Positions 31,903 through 41,322 of a stretch of DNA of 64,000 bases are shown in pieces. The notes below the pieces were generated by a model. That model ran no database searches and was not told the DNA's origin. It was given only the letters and a program-made list of their open reading frames with translations. Origin of the DNA: Bdellovibrionales bacterium. Lineage in GTDB: Bacteria > Bdellovibrionota > Bdellovibrionia > Bdellovibrionales > JAUICD01. How positions within the stretch are numbered: position 1 is the first letter of the stretch; each line of letters opens with the position of its first letter. The DNA lies in assembly GCA_965203275.1 (NCBI GenBank), contig OZ241865.1:608001-672000 (forward strand), given 5' to 3'. Position numbers and translations under genes: made by a program.

Positions 31903-33174
31903 TTATTTTTTATCCTTTGAAGGGGTTGCTTTTTTTAAGTTCGTTTTGGTTTTTTTATTGGATTCTTTATTTGTCTTTTTTTGAGTGGTGCTTTTTACCT
32001 TCTTTTGATGAAGATTTTTACTTTTTTTATCAGTGACTTTATCCTTGGCTTTGTCTTTAGCTTTATCTTTAATATGATCTTTAGTTTTAGTATGAGCTTT
32101 ATCTTTAGTATGATCCTTAGCTTTAGTATGAGCTTTATCTTTAGTGTGATCTTTAGCTTTAGTATGAGCTTTATCTTTAGTATGATCTTTAGTTTTAGTA
32201 TGAGCTTTATCTTTAGTATGATCTTTAGTTTTAGTATGAGCTTTAGACTGAGCTAGTTTAGTTCCTTTCCCAGGAGTGCTACCTTTTTGCTTTTTTGTTG
32301 TCTGAGCAAGCTCTAGATCAATCTCCATTTCATCAGCTGTGCCTGCTGCTACAAGCTTTCTTTTGTTGTTTCTGATGACAATGGGACCATCAGCTTTGGA
32401 CTTTTCTTTTGATTTATCAGGTTTGTCATCTGAAGTTTTTTTGATCTGAGGGGTTGTTTCTATCAGTTGTTGTTTTGCTTTGAATTGTTTTTGCCCCTCT
32501 AAGTAAGCCTCTGTGATCAGTTCTGTAAAGAGTGTAATAGATCGAATAGAATCATCATTGCCAGGAATAGGAAAATCAACAAGATAGGGATCTATATTGG
32601 TATCAGCAATGCCAACAACAGGTATTTTGAGTTTACGGGCTTCAGCCACTGCGATATGTTCTTTTTTAATGTCTACAACAAAAATAGCTGATGGGGTGTC
32701 TTTCATCTCTCTTATGCCAGAGAGGTATTCATTGAGTTTTAAAAGTTCTTTTTCTACACGAGTTATTTCTTTTTTACTAAAATGATCAAACTCGCCTTTT
32801 TCTTTCATAATTTCAAGTTTTCTGAGCCTGTCAATACTAGCTTTGATGGTTTTAAAGTTAGTCATTGTGCCACCTAGCCATCTTTTTGTAACATAAAACT
32901 GCTCACATTTTTTAGCTGCTGTTTGTATGGGCTTAATGGCTTGATTTTTAGTACCTACAAAAAGGATACTTTGACCATTGCTAGCCAGTTGTTTAATAAA
33001 TTCACAAGACTTACGAGTGATCGCCAGTGTTTGTTGAAGATCAATAATATGAATGCCATTTCTAGATCCAAAAACATAAGGTTTCATCTTAGGATTCCAT
33101 TTTTGGATTTGATGTCCAAAATGTACTCCAGCATCTAAAAGTGTTCTTAATGTCAAATGTTTGACTGTATTCAT
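31903..33174 (-). CDS. rpsB: 30S ribosomal protein S2 with long Lys-rich repetitive tail
   Basis: AGVHFGH, WNPKM, RWLGGTMTN, PGNDD; C-terminal extension of roughly 190 aa. Confidence 0.98.
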   Translation of the reverse strand: MNTVKHLTLRTLLDAGVHFGHQIQKWNPKMKPYVFGSRNGIHIIDLQQTLAITRKSCEFIKQLASNGQSILFVGTKNQAIKPIQTAAKKCEQFYVTKRWLGGTMTNFKTIKASIDRLRKLEIMKEKGEFDHFSKKEITRVEKELLKLNEYLSGIREMKDTPSAIFVVDIKKEHIAVAEARKLKIPVVGIADTNIDPYLVDFPIPGNDDSIRSITLFTELITEAYLEGQKQFKAKQQLIETTPQIKKTSDDKPDKSKEKSKADGPIVIRNNKRKLVAAGTADEMEIDLELAQTTKKQKGSTPGKGTKLAQSKAHTKTKDHTKDKAHTKTKDHTKDKAHTKAKDHTKDKAHTKAKDHTKDKAHTKTKDHIKDKAKDKAKDKVTDKKSKNLHQKKVKSTTQKKTNKESNKKTKTNLKKATPSKDKK

Positions 33175-33312
33175 TATGTCAACTCCTCTATCAAAAACTC
33201 CTACTAAAACTCATACCATGATGCCATACTTTTATATGCTAACGATCATCAGAAATCAACTTTAAAAATATAACATGAGAACCTTGTTTTACTAAATACT
33301 TTTTGTGTTCTT

Positions 33313-33807
33313 TTATCTGTCAGGGTCAGGACAGTTTATTTGCCGATGTCCTAACGCGATTCTATTGATGGTATTACGAATTGAATTGGTTTTAGATAAT
33401 GTTTGTCGTATTTGATTATGTTCCCGTTGAGTGATCTCTTGAGAATCAAGTAATTTTGATACTTCTACAACACTTTGCGTTGCAAAATGATGTCTTTCTT
33501 CTATAATATTTACAGGAGTCTCTCCACTCTTGTTAGGAACAGAGATATTAGCACAATTATTTAAAAGGGCGTAAACAATACCAGGATTCAATTCATAAAT
33601 CAAAGCTAAGTGCAGAGGTCTGTCTTCAAACTCATTGCAAGTTTGATTGACATCGGCCCCTTGTCTTATTTGTTGTGCAACCTGTCCTGGCCGGGCCTTA
33701 CTTAACCAAAGAATATCACAGATATCTGCATGAACAACAGATCCTACTGATAACAAAAGCATCATTATAATAAAATATTTCATAGCCATAAAGATAAGAC
33801 ACATCAT
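33313..33807 (-). CDS. Secreted ankyrin-repeat-like protein
   Basis: Signal peptide ending VHA; GADVN, RPLHLA, GETP. Confidence 0.75.
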   Translation of the reverse strand: MMCLIFMAMKYFIIMMLLLSVGSVVHADICDILWLSKARPGQVAQQIRQGADVNQTCNEFEDRPLHLALIYELNPGIVYALLNNCANISVPNKSGETPVNIIEERHHFATQSVVEVSKLLDSQEITQREHNQIRQTLSKTNSIRNTINRIALGHRQINCPDPDR

Positions 33808-33999
33808 ATAAGTTTGTCAATAGTTAAAAGACAAAAATTTTCAAGCATTGTTTTTGCATTTCTCAGGATTTAAATTCTCAGGATTTAAATTATTATTTGA
33901 CAGGTTTTATAGCAAAGGGTATGACTTACAGGTGCAATGAATAGAATTTTGTCTGCTTTCAAGCAAATAGGGGATGTTTTGAGTTGAAATATCAATTGT

Positions 34000-34614
34000 T
34001 TGGAATATCTTGTGGATACTGCAAAAATGATGAAATCATCAAAGTTTATCTTTGTTAAAAGTGCTACAAAGCCTATTGATTATCCACAATCTATACTTCC
34101 TGAAATAGCTTTTATAGGTCGATCCAATTCTGGCAAATCTTCCCTTTTCAATGCTCTCTCTGGTCAAAAAATAGCTAGAGTTTCTGCAACTCCCGGTAAA
34201 ACACAACTCTTAAACTTTTTTGAGTGCAAAACCAAATATTCTCTAGTTGATATGCCAGGTTATGGATATGCTCGACGCCCCCAGGTTCAGATCCGTAATT
34301 GGAAAAAGATAGTAGAAACTTATTTTAAAACAAGGTTATCTTTGGAAGGATTGATTTTGGTCATGGATATTCGAAGGGATTGGACTGATGATGAATCTCA
34401 GCTATTACATTGGTTAGAAGACTTACCTTTAAAGCAAAAGCATATCATTGTTGTTTTAAACAAATGTGATAAATTAAATAACCACCAAAAAAAAACACGC
34501 TATCAAAAAATACAAAAAGACAGTCAAATCCAAGATGTATTTGTCGTCTCTTGCATAAAAAAAACAGGCATTGTGGATCTTCAAAAGTATATCTATAAAA
34601 AATTCTTATTTTAA
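34000..34614 (+). CDS. engB: Ribosome biogenesis GTPase YsxC/EngB
   Basis: GRSNSGKS, PGKT, DMPGYG, NKCD; true start may be the MMK ATG. Confidence 0.95.
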   Translation: MEYLVDTAKMMKSSKFIFVKSATKPIDYPQSILPEIAFIGRSNSGKSSLFNALSGQKIARVSATPGKTQLLNFFECKTKYSLVDMPGYGYARRPQVQIRNWKKIVETYFKTRLSLEGLILVMDIRRDWTDDESQLLHWLEDLPLKQKHIIVVLNKCDKLNNHQKKTRYQKIQKDSQIQDVFVVSCIKKTGIVDLQKYIYKKFLF

Positions 34615-34882
34615 ATGAGAAATAGCTTTTAAATAAGTCATATCAAGGTAAAGGGTCAAGGTAAAAGGGGTAAATAAGGGGTAAAGGTAAAGAGGTAAAT
34701 AAATAAGGGGTAAAGGTAAGTAGTAAATTGTAAAATAAAAAGATTTATGCTGAAAAACTTATTTATTGTATAATCCTCCTGTACAAACAAGATAAATGAT
34801 CTTATAAAAGAATATCTCGGGGCTTTAAATAAGTGTTGTTTGATTCTGATGTACAACAAATAATAAAAAGTGAATAAAATTT

Positions 34883-35890
34883 ATGGTTAAGTATCTTTTA
34901 AATCGATTTTGTGCTTTGCTTTTTACACTTTTCGGGGTGTCTATTTTGGCATTTGGGCTTATTCGCATGGTCCCCGGAGACCCTGTACTAGTGATGTTAG
35001 GAGAGCGAGGAGCAGATCCTAAGGTTTATGCTCAAATGAAACAAACTATGGGTTTAGACCAACCTATCCACATACAATATTTAAAGTTTATTAAAGGAGC
35101 CTTGCGAGGTGACTTAGGTGCCTCTATGCGTTCGAATGTTCCTGTCACCGAAGAGTTTTTTGATCGCTTCCCTGCTACATTAGAGTTAGGCCTAGCAGGT
35201 CTTCTTTGGGCTGTCTTATTAGGCATTCCCTTAGGTGTATTTGTAGCTGTCAAAAGAAATTCCTTTTGGGATTATACTGTGATGACAGGAGCTTTGTTGG
35301 GTTATTCTATGCCTATTTTTTGGTGGGGCTTGATGCTGATTCTATGGTTTTCTATAGGTTTTGGTCTAACACCTGTTTCTGGCCGTATAGATGTTATGTA
35401 TGAATTTCCAAAAATGACAGGTTTCTTTTTAATTGATACCCTTTTTGCTCCACGTGATGGAGCTTTCTTAAGTGCTTTACGACATTTGATTTTACCTGCT
35501 GTTGCTCTTGGTACTATTCCTCTTGCAGTGATCACTCGTATGACAAGGTCTAGTATGCTAGAGGTCTTAGGCGAAGATTATATTCGGACAGCTAAATCTA
35601 AGGGATTGACACATCTTCAAATTATTGCTGTCCATGGTTTAAGGAATGCCTTAATCCCTATTGTGACAGTGATTGGTTTGATGTTAGGAACTATCGTCAC
35701 AGGAGCTATTTTGACAGAGACAATTTTCGCTTGGCCAGGTATTGGCAGATGGTTAGTCCAAAGTGTAGAAGCAAGAGATTATCCAGTGATCCAAGGTGGT
35801 ATTTTATTAATTGCCACAATGATTATGTTAATTAATATGATGGTTGATATTGTGTATATCTTTATTAACCCTAAAATTAGAGATATTTAA
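34883..35890 (+). CDS. dppB: Dipeptide/oligopeptide ABC transporter permease
   Basis: PGDP, GLDQP, RFPATLEL, RMTRSSMLEVL.EDYIRTA, RDYPVIQG. Confidence 0.93.
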   Translation: MVKYLLNRFCALLFTLFGVSILAFGLIRMVPGDPVLVMLGERGADPKVYAQMKQTMGLDQPIHIQYLKFIKGALRGDLGASMRSNVPVTEEFFDRFPATLELGLAGLLWAVLLGIPLGVFVAVKRNSFWDYTVMTGALLGYSMPIFWWGLMLILWFSIGFGLTPVSGRIDVMYEFPKMTGFFLIDTLFAPRDGAFLSALRHLILPAVALGTIPLAVITRMTRSSMLEVLGEDYIRTAKSKGLTHLQIIAVHGLRNALIPIVTVIGLMLGTIVTGAILTETIFAWPGIGRWLVQSVEARDYPVIQGGILLIATMIMLINMMVDIVYIFINPKIRDI

Positions 35891-35941
35891 GTTAGAGGTA
35901 TTTAAAATTAGAGACATTTAAAACTAGAGACATTTAAAACT

Positions 35942-36127
35942 CTAAAAGTCTGCATCTAGAGTAAAGATTTGATTGGCTTGATTGACCATAACACCAGCTT
36001 TCTGATAATCACCGACCTTTTTTTCAAAAAAATTGGTTTTGCCCTGCAAAGAAATCAGCTCCATCCAATCAAATGGGTTTGTGACCTTATAAAACTTATT
36101 TAAACCTAAAGACAACAAAAGACGATC
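35942..36127 (-). pseudogene. nrdB: C-terminal remnant of class Ia ribonucleotide reductase small subunit
   Basis: Manual translation: [61 protein letters not shown]; in-frame TAA a few codons upstream. Confidence 0.9.
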
Positions 36128-36185
36128 TAAACATCCATTTTTTTAAAAAAAGATTTGATTTTATAACAGCATATATCTAAAAAGT

Positions 36186-37190
36186 CCAGCCGTTATTTTC
36201 ACTCAAAATGCATCATGCCGTCTTTTGCACTTGAAATGAACCACACATCTGTTTCCCTAAAATTGAACTAGCCTCTGGCTACTTTTGGGCAGTTAGCCCG
36301 ACGACTGTCGTCGTCGATCAAAGGCTAACTCCCTCAAAAGCTTGTTCAATTTTAGGAAGAAGGATGTCCTCATTTTTTTACTTCATATTAAGGAAAAAGA
36401 TTTCCTTCTGATGTTTGCTCTGACAGCTATCGCTGTCCAAAAAGAGCAATGTCGTTGGTTCACTAAAAGTAAACTAGCCTTTGTTTCACTCAAAGTGAAC
36501 TGGCCTCTGGCCACTTTTGGACAATGACCGCAAAGGCTTTCGCCTTTGACAAAATGGTCATTGCCTCAAAAGCCTGTTCACTTTGAGTAAGAAGGATATC
36601 ATCGTCTCTTAACTACATGTTAAGGGTTTGTTTCACTAAAAGTAAACTGACCTCTGGTCACTTTTGGGCAATCAGCCCGACGGCTCTCGCCGTCGATCAA
36701 AGGCTGATTGCCTCAAAAGTCCGTTTACTTTTAGTAGGGAGGATCTCCTCGTCTCTTAACTACATGTTAAGGAAAAAGTTCCTTTATTGCATTGAGCTTG
36801 CTCTTAAGGTAATAAAAGCACTTTTTCCCTAACATGGTGTAGAGGAGTAAAAGGATCCTCCTCTACTCAAAATAAATGGATTTTCTAGGCAGTTAGCCTT
36901 TGATGACGGCGGTAGCCGTCGGGCTAACTGCCAGAAAACATGCCAGAGGCATGATGCATTTTGAGTGAAAAAAAATGAGGACTTCGGAAGGCTCCCACTG
37001 CCCTATCCTCAAATAAAAACAAAATAGAAAAAGCAGAATCGAAGGGTGGCGGGTGGGGTTAGGGATAAGGGAGGTTATCCTTGTCTCTTTACACGATGTT
37101 AAGGAAAAAGTGCTTTCTTACACCTTTTGACTGCAATGACTACCGTCGTCGATCAAAGGCTGGCAACCTCAAAAATCCGTTTACTTTAAG
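36186..37190. repeat. Mosaic cluster of structured repeats plus G-rich module
   Basis: Copies at about 36253-36355, 36483-36590, 36631-36735 (reverse) and 36864-36970; module 36977-37110 also present at 45908-46055. Confidence 0.9.
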
Positions 37191-37355
37191 GTGCAACACA
37201 GCTTTAAGAAAGTCAAAAAAATACATGGATTTATAAAAAAGAAACAATCTTGTATCATCCAGTGGGTTTAATAGAATGGTTTGTAAAGTTTCGATGTTTG
37301 AGACTTCAAAGAAGGCATGGCAATCAATACAAGACTAAAGGATGATATTAAAGCC

Positions 37356-37994
37356 TCATCGCCAAAATTGTTTTGAAGGTGTAATAATCATCAGTTTCTT
37401 TTTCTCTGTTATAATCCAAGCATCATGATGCGTGTTGCTTTGTGCTCCAATTAAAAACTTTACATTCCTATAACCTATATTCTCTATCTTTGTCCATCTA
37501 TTTCCCAATATAGGGATGATATTAGGTGGAGCTACACGTCTGACAAGTGCAGAATTATATACTAAAAGACAATCAAAATCTTCTCTTCTTTCAGGTGCCC
37601 GGTCTTGATTCATGCATGAATTACCTATATTTGTTGAAGTTCCGGTTCGCAGAGGACCTGTGTAAGGTGTTGCTGTTATGGCCACCTTTGTTGCCTCGTT
37701 GACGTTAAAAGGATGTCCATACTTTTGACCACTTCTCCATCCTGTATTATAATAATAAACACCCTTTGGTTTATATCCTAACTGTGAAAAGTTGGCCGTA
37801 CCCCATCCATATTTGATGATAAATACCTTTTCCATTGTGTAAAGTGTCGATAAAGAAAGTTTAGCCTCTCCCTGTCTGGCCTTCATTTTGTATTTTTGAT
37901 ATTGTGGGATTGCCACAACACTTAAAAGACCAATAATAGCCACGACGACCATTAATTCAATTAAACTAAAACCTTTTTGATTTGATCTGTCCAT
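37356..37994 (-). CDS. Type IVa pilin-like protein
   Basis: QKG|FSLIELMVVVAIIGLLSVVAIP; paralogous to 21119 (EAK..L..Y, G.GT.N..QLGY, Y.TGW). Confidence 0.9.
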   Translation of the reverse strand: MDRSNQKGFSLIELMVVVAIIGLLSVVAIPQYQKYKMKARQGEAKLSLSTLYTMEKVFIIKYGWGTANFSQLGYKPKGVYYYNTGWRSGQKYGHPFNVNEATKVAITATPYTGPLRTGTSTNIGNSCMNQDRAPERREDFDCLLVYNSALVRRVAPPNIIPILGNRWTKIENIGYRNVKFLIGAQSNTHHDAWIITEKKKLMIITPSKQFWR

Positions 37995-38058
37995 AACACC
38001 ATTATGTCCATATACCTACGTCATTTATGACGTAGGTGGAGTTCATTTCCAGTGACCT

Positions 38059-38471
38059 AGTGATTTCAATAAGTTAGTACTGTGACTTTTGTATAAAAGT
38101 TACAATTTGAAAGAGTAAAAAACAGGCAAATTTTTGCAAGAAAATTGTCTTGAAAAATCAAACAAAGCAAAAGTTATAAAACACAAATGAAAATTTATTG
38201 TTTGTTTTGCTGATCTTATGTTTTTAAGATTAGTAAAGTCTTTCAAGATGATACAAAAATTTAAAAAAGTGATTCTTTTTGATACAAAATGTCATTTTTT
38301 TTGATTTTTTTTAACAAAAATATAAAGTTTTATGTCATAATAAACGATAAGAATTGTGTTAGACGAAAAATTAGAAATTTCTAAAGTCGACCTAAAAAAG
38401 TCTAACAATTACAAACACTTAATACTGTAACTTTTATACAAAAGTTACAGTATTAAGTGACCGAAATTACT
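38059..38471. repeat. 413-bp inverted-repeat-bounded element, copy 2
   Basis: Reverse-complement homolog of 20174-20586; cores at 38081-38104 and 38426-38449. Confidence 0.92.
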
Positions 38472-38682
38472 TGATTTCTAATTTTCAAATACCTTTTAAA
38501 TACCCTTTTCCTAACCTTTTAGAAAAAAAATCTAAAAAGACGAACATCTTATTTTCTTAACATGGTGTTCATCCGGGATCTGGGATCTGGGATCCCGGGA
38601 TCGGACAAACCGGCATCAGGTCCCAGATCCCGGGATGCCAGATTGCTTGATCCCGGATCCCGGGAGTGAAATAAATATAAGT

Positions 38683-38874
38683 CCTGAGTTTGATAGCCTG
38701 CAAAAATAAAGTTGAGTAAAATCGGTGGGTTATGAGTCGAAAGGGATTTTGTGCCACTAGGATTTTTTACAAAATCCCAAAAATTCAAACTTGCAAATCC
38801 CTCTAACACCTATAAATAAAGCATTCTCAAAAAAAAAGATATCCACATATCGCAAATCAACTGTCAAACTCAGG
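38683..38874 (+). mobile_element. MITE (192 bp) with CCTGAGTTTGAYAG terminal inverted repeats
   Basis: Starts CCTGAGTTTGATAG, ends CTGTCAAACTCAGG; flanks ATAAGT/ACAAGT (5 of 6 match, possible TSD). Confidence 0.8.
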
Positions 38875-38944
38875 ACAAGTGTCTATTATAAATAATCATT
38901 TTACCAATGCCATTGGCAAAATAGTCATTGCCTCAAAAATCTAT

Positions 38945-39872
38945 GCATTTTGAGTAGAGAAGGATCCCTTTATTCTTTTACACCATGTTAAGGAAAATTT
39001 CTTTTATTACCTCAAGAGCAAGCGGATTACGAATGAAACTCTTTTTCCTTAACATTTCACTCAAAATGAACTGGCCTCTGGCCACTTTTGGGTAGCCAGC
39101 CCGACGGCTCACGCCGTCGATCAAAGGCTGGCTACCTCAAAAGCTTGTTCATTTTGAGTAGAGAAGGATCCCTTTATTCTTTTACACCATGTTAAGGAAA
39201 ATTTCTTTTATTACCTCAAGAGCAAGCGGATTACGAATGAAACTCTTTTTCCTTAACATTTCACTCAAAATGAACTGGCCTCTGGCCACTTTTGGGTAGC
39301 CAGCCCGACGGCTCACGCCGTCGATCAAAGGCTGGCTACCTCAAAAGCTTGTTCATTTTGAGTAGAGAAGGAGCCTTTTATTCCTTTACACCATGTTAAG
39401 GAAATTTTTCTTTTATTGTCTTAAGAGCAAGCGGGTCTGCGAATGAAACTCTTTTTCCTTAACATTTCACTCAAAATGAACTGGCCTCTGGCCACTTTTG
39501 GGTAGCCAGCCCGACGGCTCACGCCGTCGATCAAAGGCTGGCTACCTCAAAAGCTTGTTCATTTTGAGTAGAGAAGGATCCCTTTATTCTTTTACACCAT
39601 GTTAAGGAAAATTTCTTTTATTACCTCAAGAGCAAGCGGATTACGAATGAAACTCTTTTTCCTTAACATTTCACTCAAAATGAACTGGCCTCTGGCCACT
39701 TTTGGGTAGCCAGCCCGACGGCTCACGCCGTCGATCAAAGGCTGGCTACCTCAAAAGCTTGTTCATTTTGAGTAGAGAAGGATCCCTTTATTCTTTTACA
39801 CCATGTTAAGGAAAAATTCTTTTATTGCCTCAAGAGCAAGCAGTTTGCGAATAAAACTCTGTTTCCCTAACA
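38945..39872. repeat. Tandem array of ~204-bp units, each holding one structured-repeat copy
   Basis: TTTCACTCAAAATGAACTGG starts at 39055, 39259, 39465, 39669, with a partial unit before. Confidence 0.96.
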
Positions 39873-40207
39873 TGGTGTTAAGAGACGAAAAGATCCTCCT
39901 TACTCAAAGTGAACAGGCTTTCTAGGCGATGACCATTTTATCGACGGCGAGAGCCGTCATGGTCATCGCCAGAAAGTGGCCAGAGGCCAGTTCACTTTGA
40001 GTGAAACAGAGGCTGGTTTATTTTTAGTGAAAGAGATAAGAAGGCGAATAGCCTTCGGCTGGCAACCCAAAAGTGACCAGAGGTCAGTTTACTTTTAGTG
40101 AAACAGTTGACTTTTCTTGACATATCCCACAAAATAATCTAATATAATATATAAAGAAGAACTTTTTATTCTGATATATAGTTCAACAATTAGCACACGG
40201 GGGAAAA

Positions 40208-40513
40208 ATGAGTTACTTGGTTTTGTGGGAGAGAATAGATAAATATTTTAAACAGCATGGCATGATCACTTTTATTGTTCTATGTATGTTTATTTTACTT
40301 TTGTATTTAACTTATCAAGTAAGTAATCATATCCCTACAGAGATTAAAGAGCTTAGGGTAGAGCTTAAAGAAGACATTAAAGGGCTTAGGATAGAGCTTA
40401 AAGAAGACATTAAAGAACTTAGGATAGAGCTTAAAGAAGACATTAAAGAAATTAAAAATGGGCAAGATATGATCATTAATCATTTACTTAATAATAATAA
40501 AAAAGGTCAATAA
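40208..40513 (+). CDS. Small membrane-anchored coiled-coil protein (11-aa repeats), copy 1
   Basis: GGGGG RBS, TM helix, NHIPTEI, (IELKEDIKELR)n. Confidence 0.85.
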   Translation: MSYLVLWERIDKYFKQHGMITFIVLCMFILLLYLTYQVSNHIPTEIKELRVELKEDIKGLRIELKEDIKELRIELKEDIKEIKNGQDMIINHLLNNNKKGQ

Positions 40514-40877
40514 AAAAACACTTTCCTCACTGATTCTGCCGATAAAAATAATGCCGTTCGACTCATAACCTACTGATTTTAATCAACTTTATTTTTGCTG
40601 GCTATCAAACTCAGGATTTATTTTGAGTGAACCAAAGGAACTTTTTCCTTAACATCGTGTAAAGAGAAAAAAGGATCCTCCCTACTCAAAATAAATGGAT
40701 TTTCTAGGCAGTTAGCCTTTGATCGACGACGATAGTCGTCGGGCTAACTGCCAGAAAACATGCCAGAGGCATGATGCATTTTGAGTGAAAATGACGGCTG
40801 GTTTACTTTTAGTGAAAAATATGAAGAAGAACTTTTTATTCTGTATAGTTCAGGGGCAATTAGCACACGGGGGAAAA

Positions 40878-41204
40878 ATGAGTTACTTGGTTTTGTGGGA
40901 GAAAATAGATAAATATTTTAAACAGCATGGCATGATCACTTTTATTGTCCTATGTATGTTTATTTTACTTTTTTACTTAACTTATCAAGTAAGTAATCAT
41001 ATCCCTACAGAGATTAGAGAGGTTAAAGAAGACATTAAAGAAGTTAAGATAGAGCTTAAAGAAGACATTAAAGAGCTTAGGATAGAGGTTAAAGAAGACA
41101 TTAAAGAGCTTAGGATAGAGCTTAAAGAAGACATTAAAGAAATTAAAAATGGGCAAGATATGATCATTAATCATTTACTTAACAATAATAAAAAAGGTCA
41201 ATAA
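40878..41204 (+). CDS. Small membrane-anchored coiled-coil protein, copy 2 (108 aa)
   Basis: Start set at MSY by homology to 40208; one extra 7-aa unit. Confidence 0.85.
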   Translation: MSYLVLWEKIDKYFKQHGMITFIVLCMFILLFYLTYQVSNHIPTEIREVKEDIKEVKIELKEDIKELRIEVKEDIKELRIELKEDIKEIKNGQDMIINHLLNNNKKGQ

Positions 41205-41322
41205 AAAAACAATCTCCCCACTGATTCCGCCGATAAAAATAATGCCGTTCGACTCATAACTCACTGTTCAACTTTATTTTTGCTGGCTATCAAACTCAGG
41301 AGCTTGAAGAGGCTTGCAGAGA

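Noticed and set aside
34645..34725. GGTAAA-rich run (also short repeats near 4303, 11477, 35880, 63612)
   Set aside because: Short low-complexity slippage repeats with no supportable function.
38945..39872. CRISPR array or integron cassette array
   Set aside because: No variable spacers or cassette ORFs, no RYYYAAC/GTTRRRY boxes at the stem ends, no integrase in the window.
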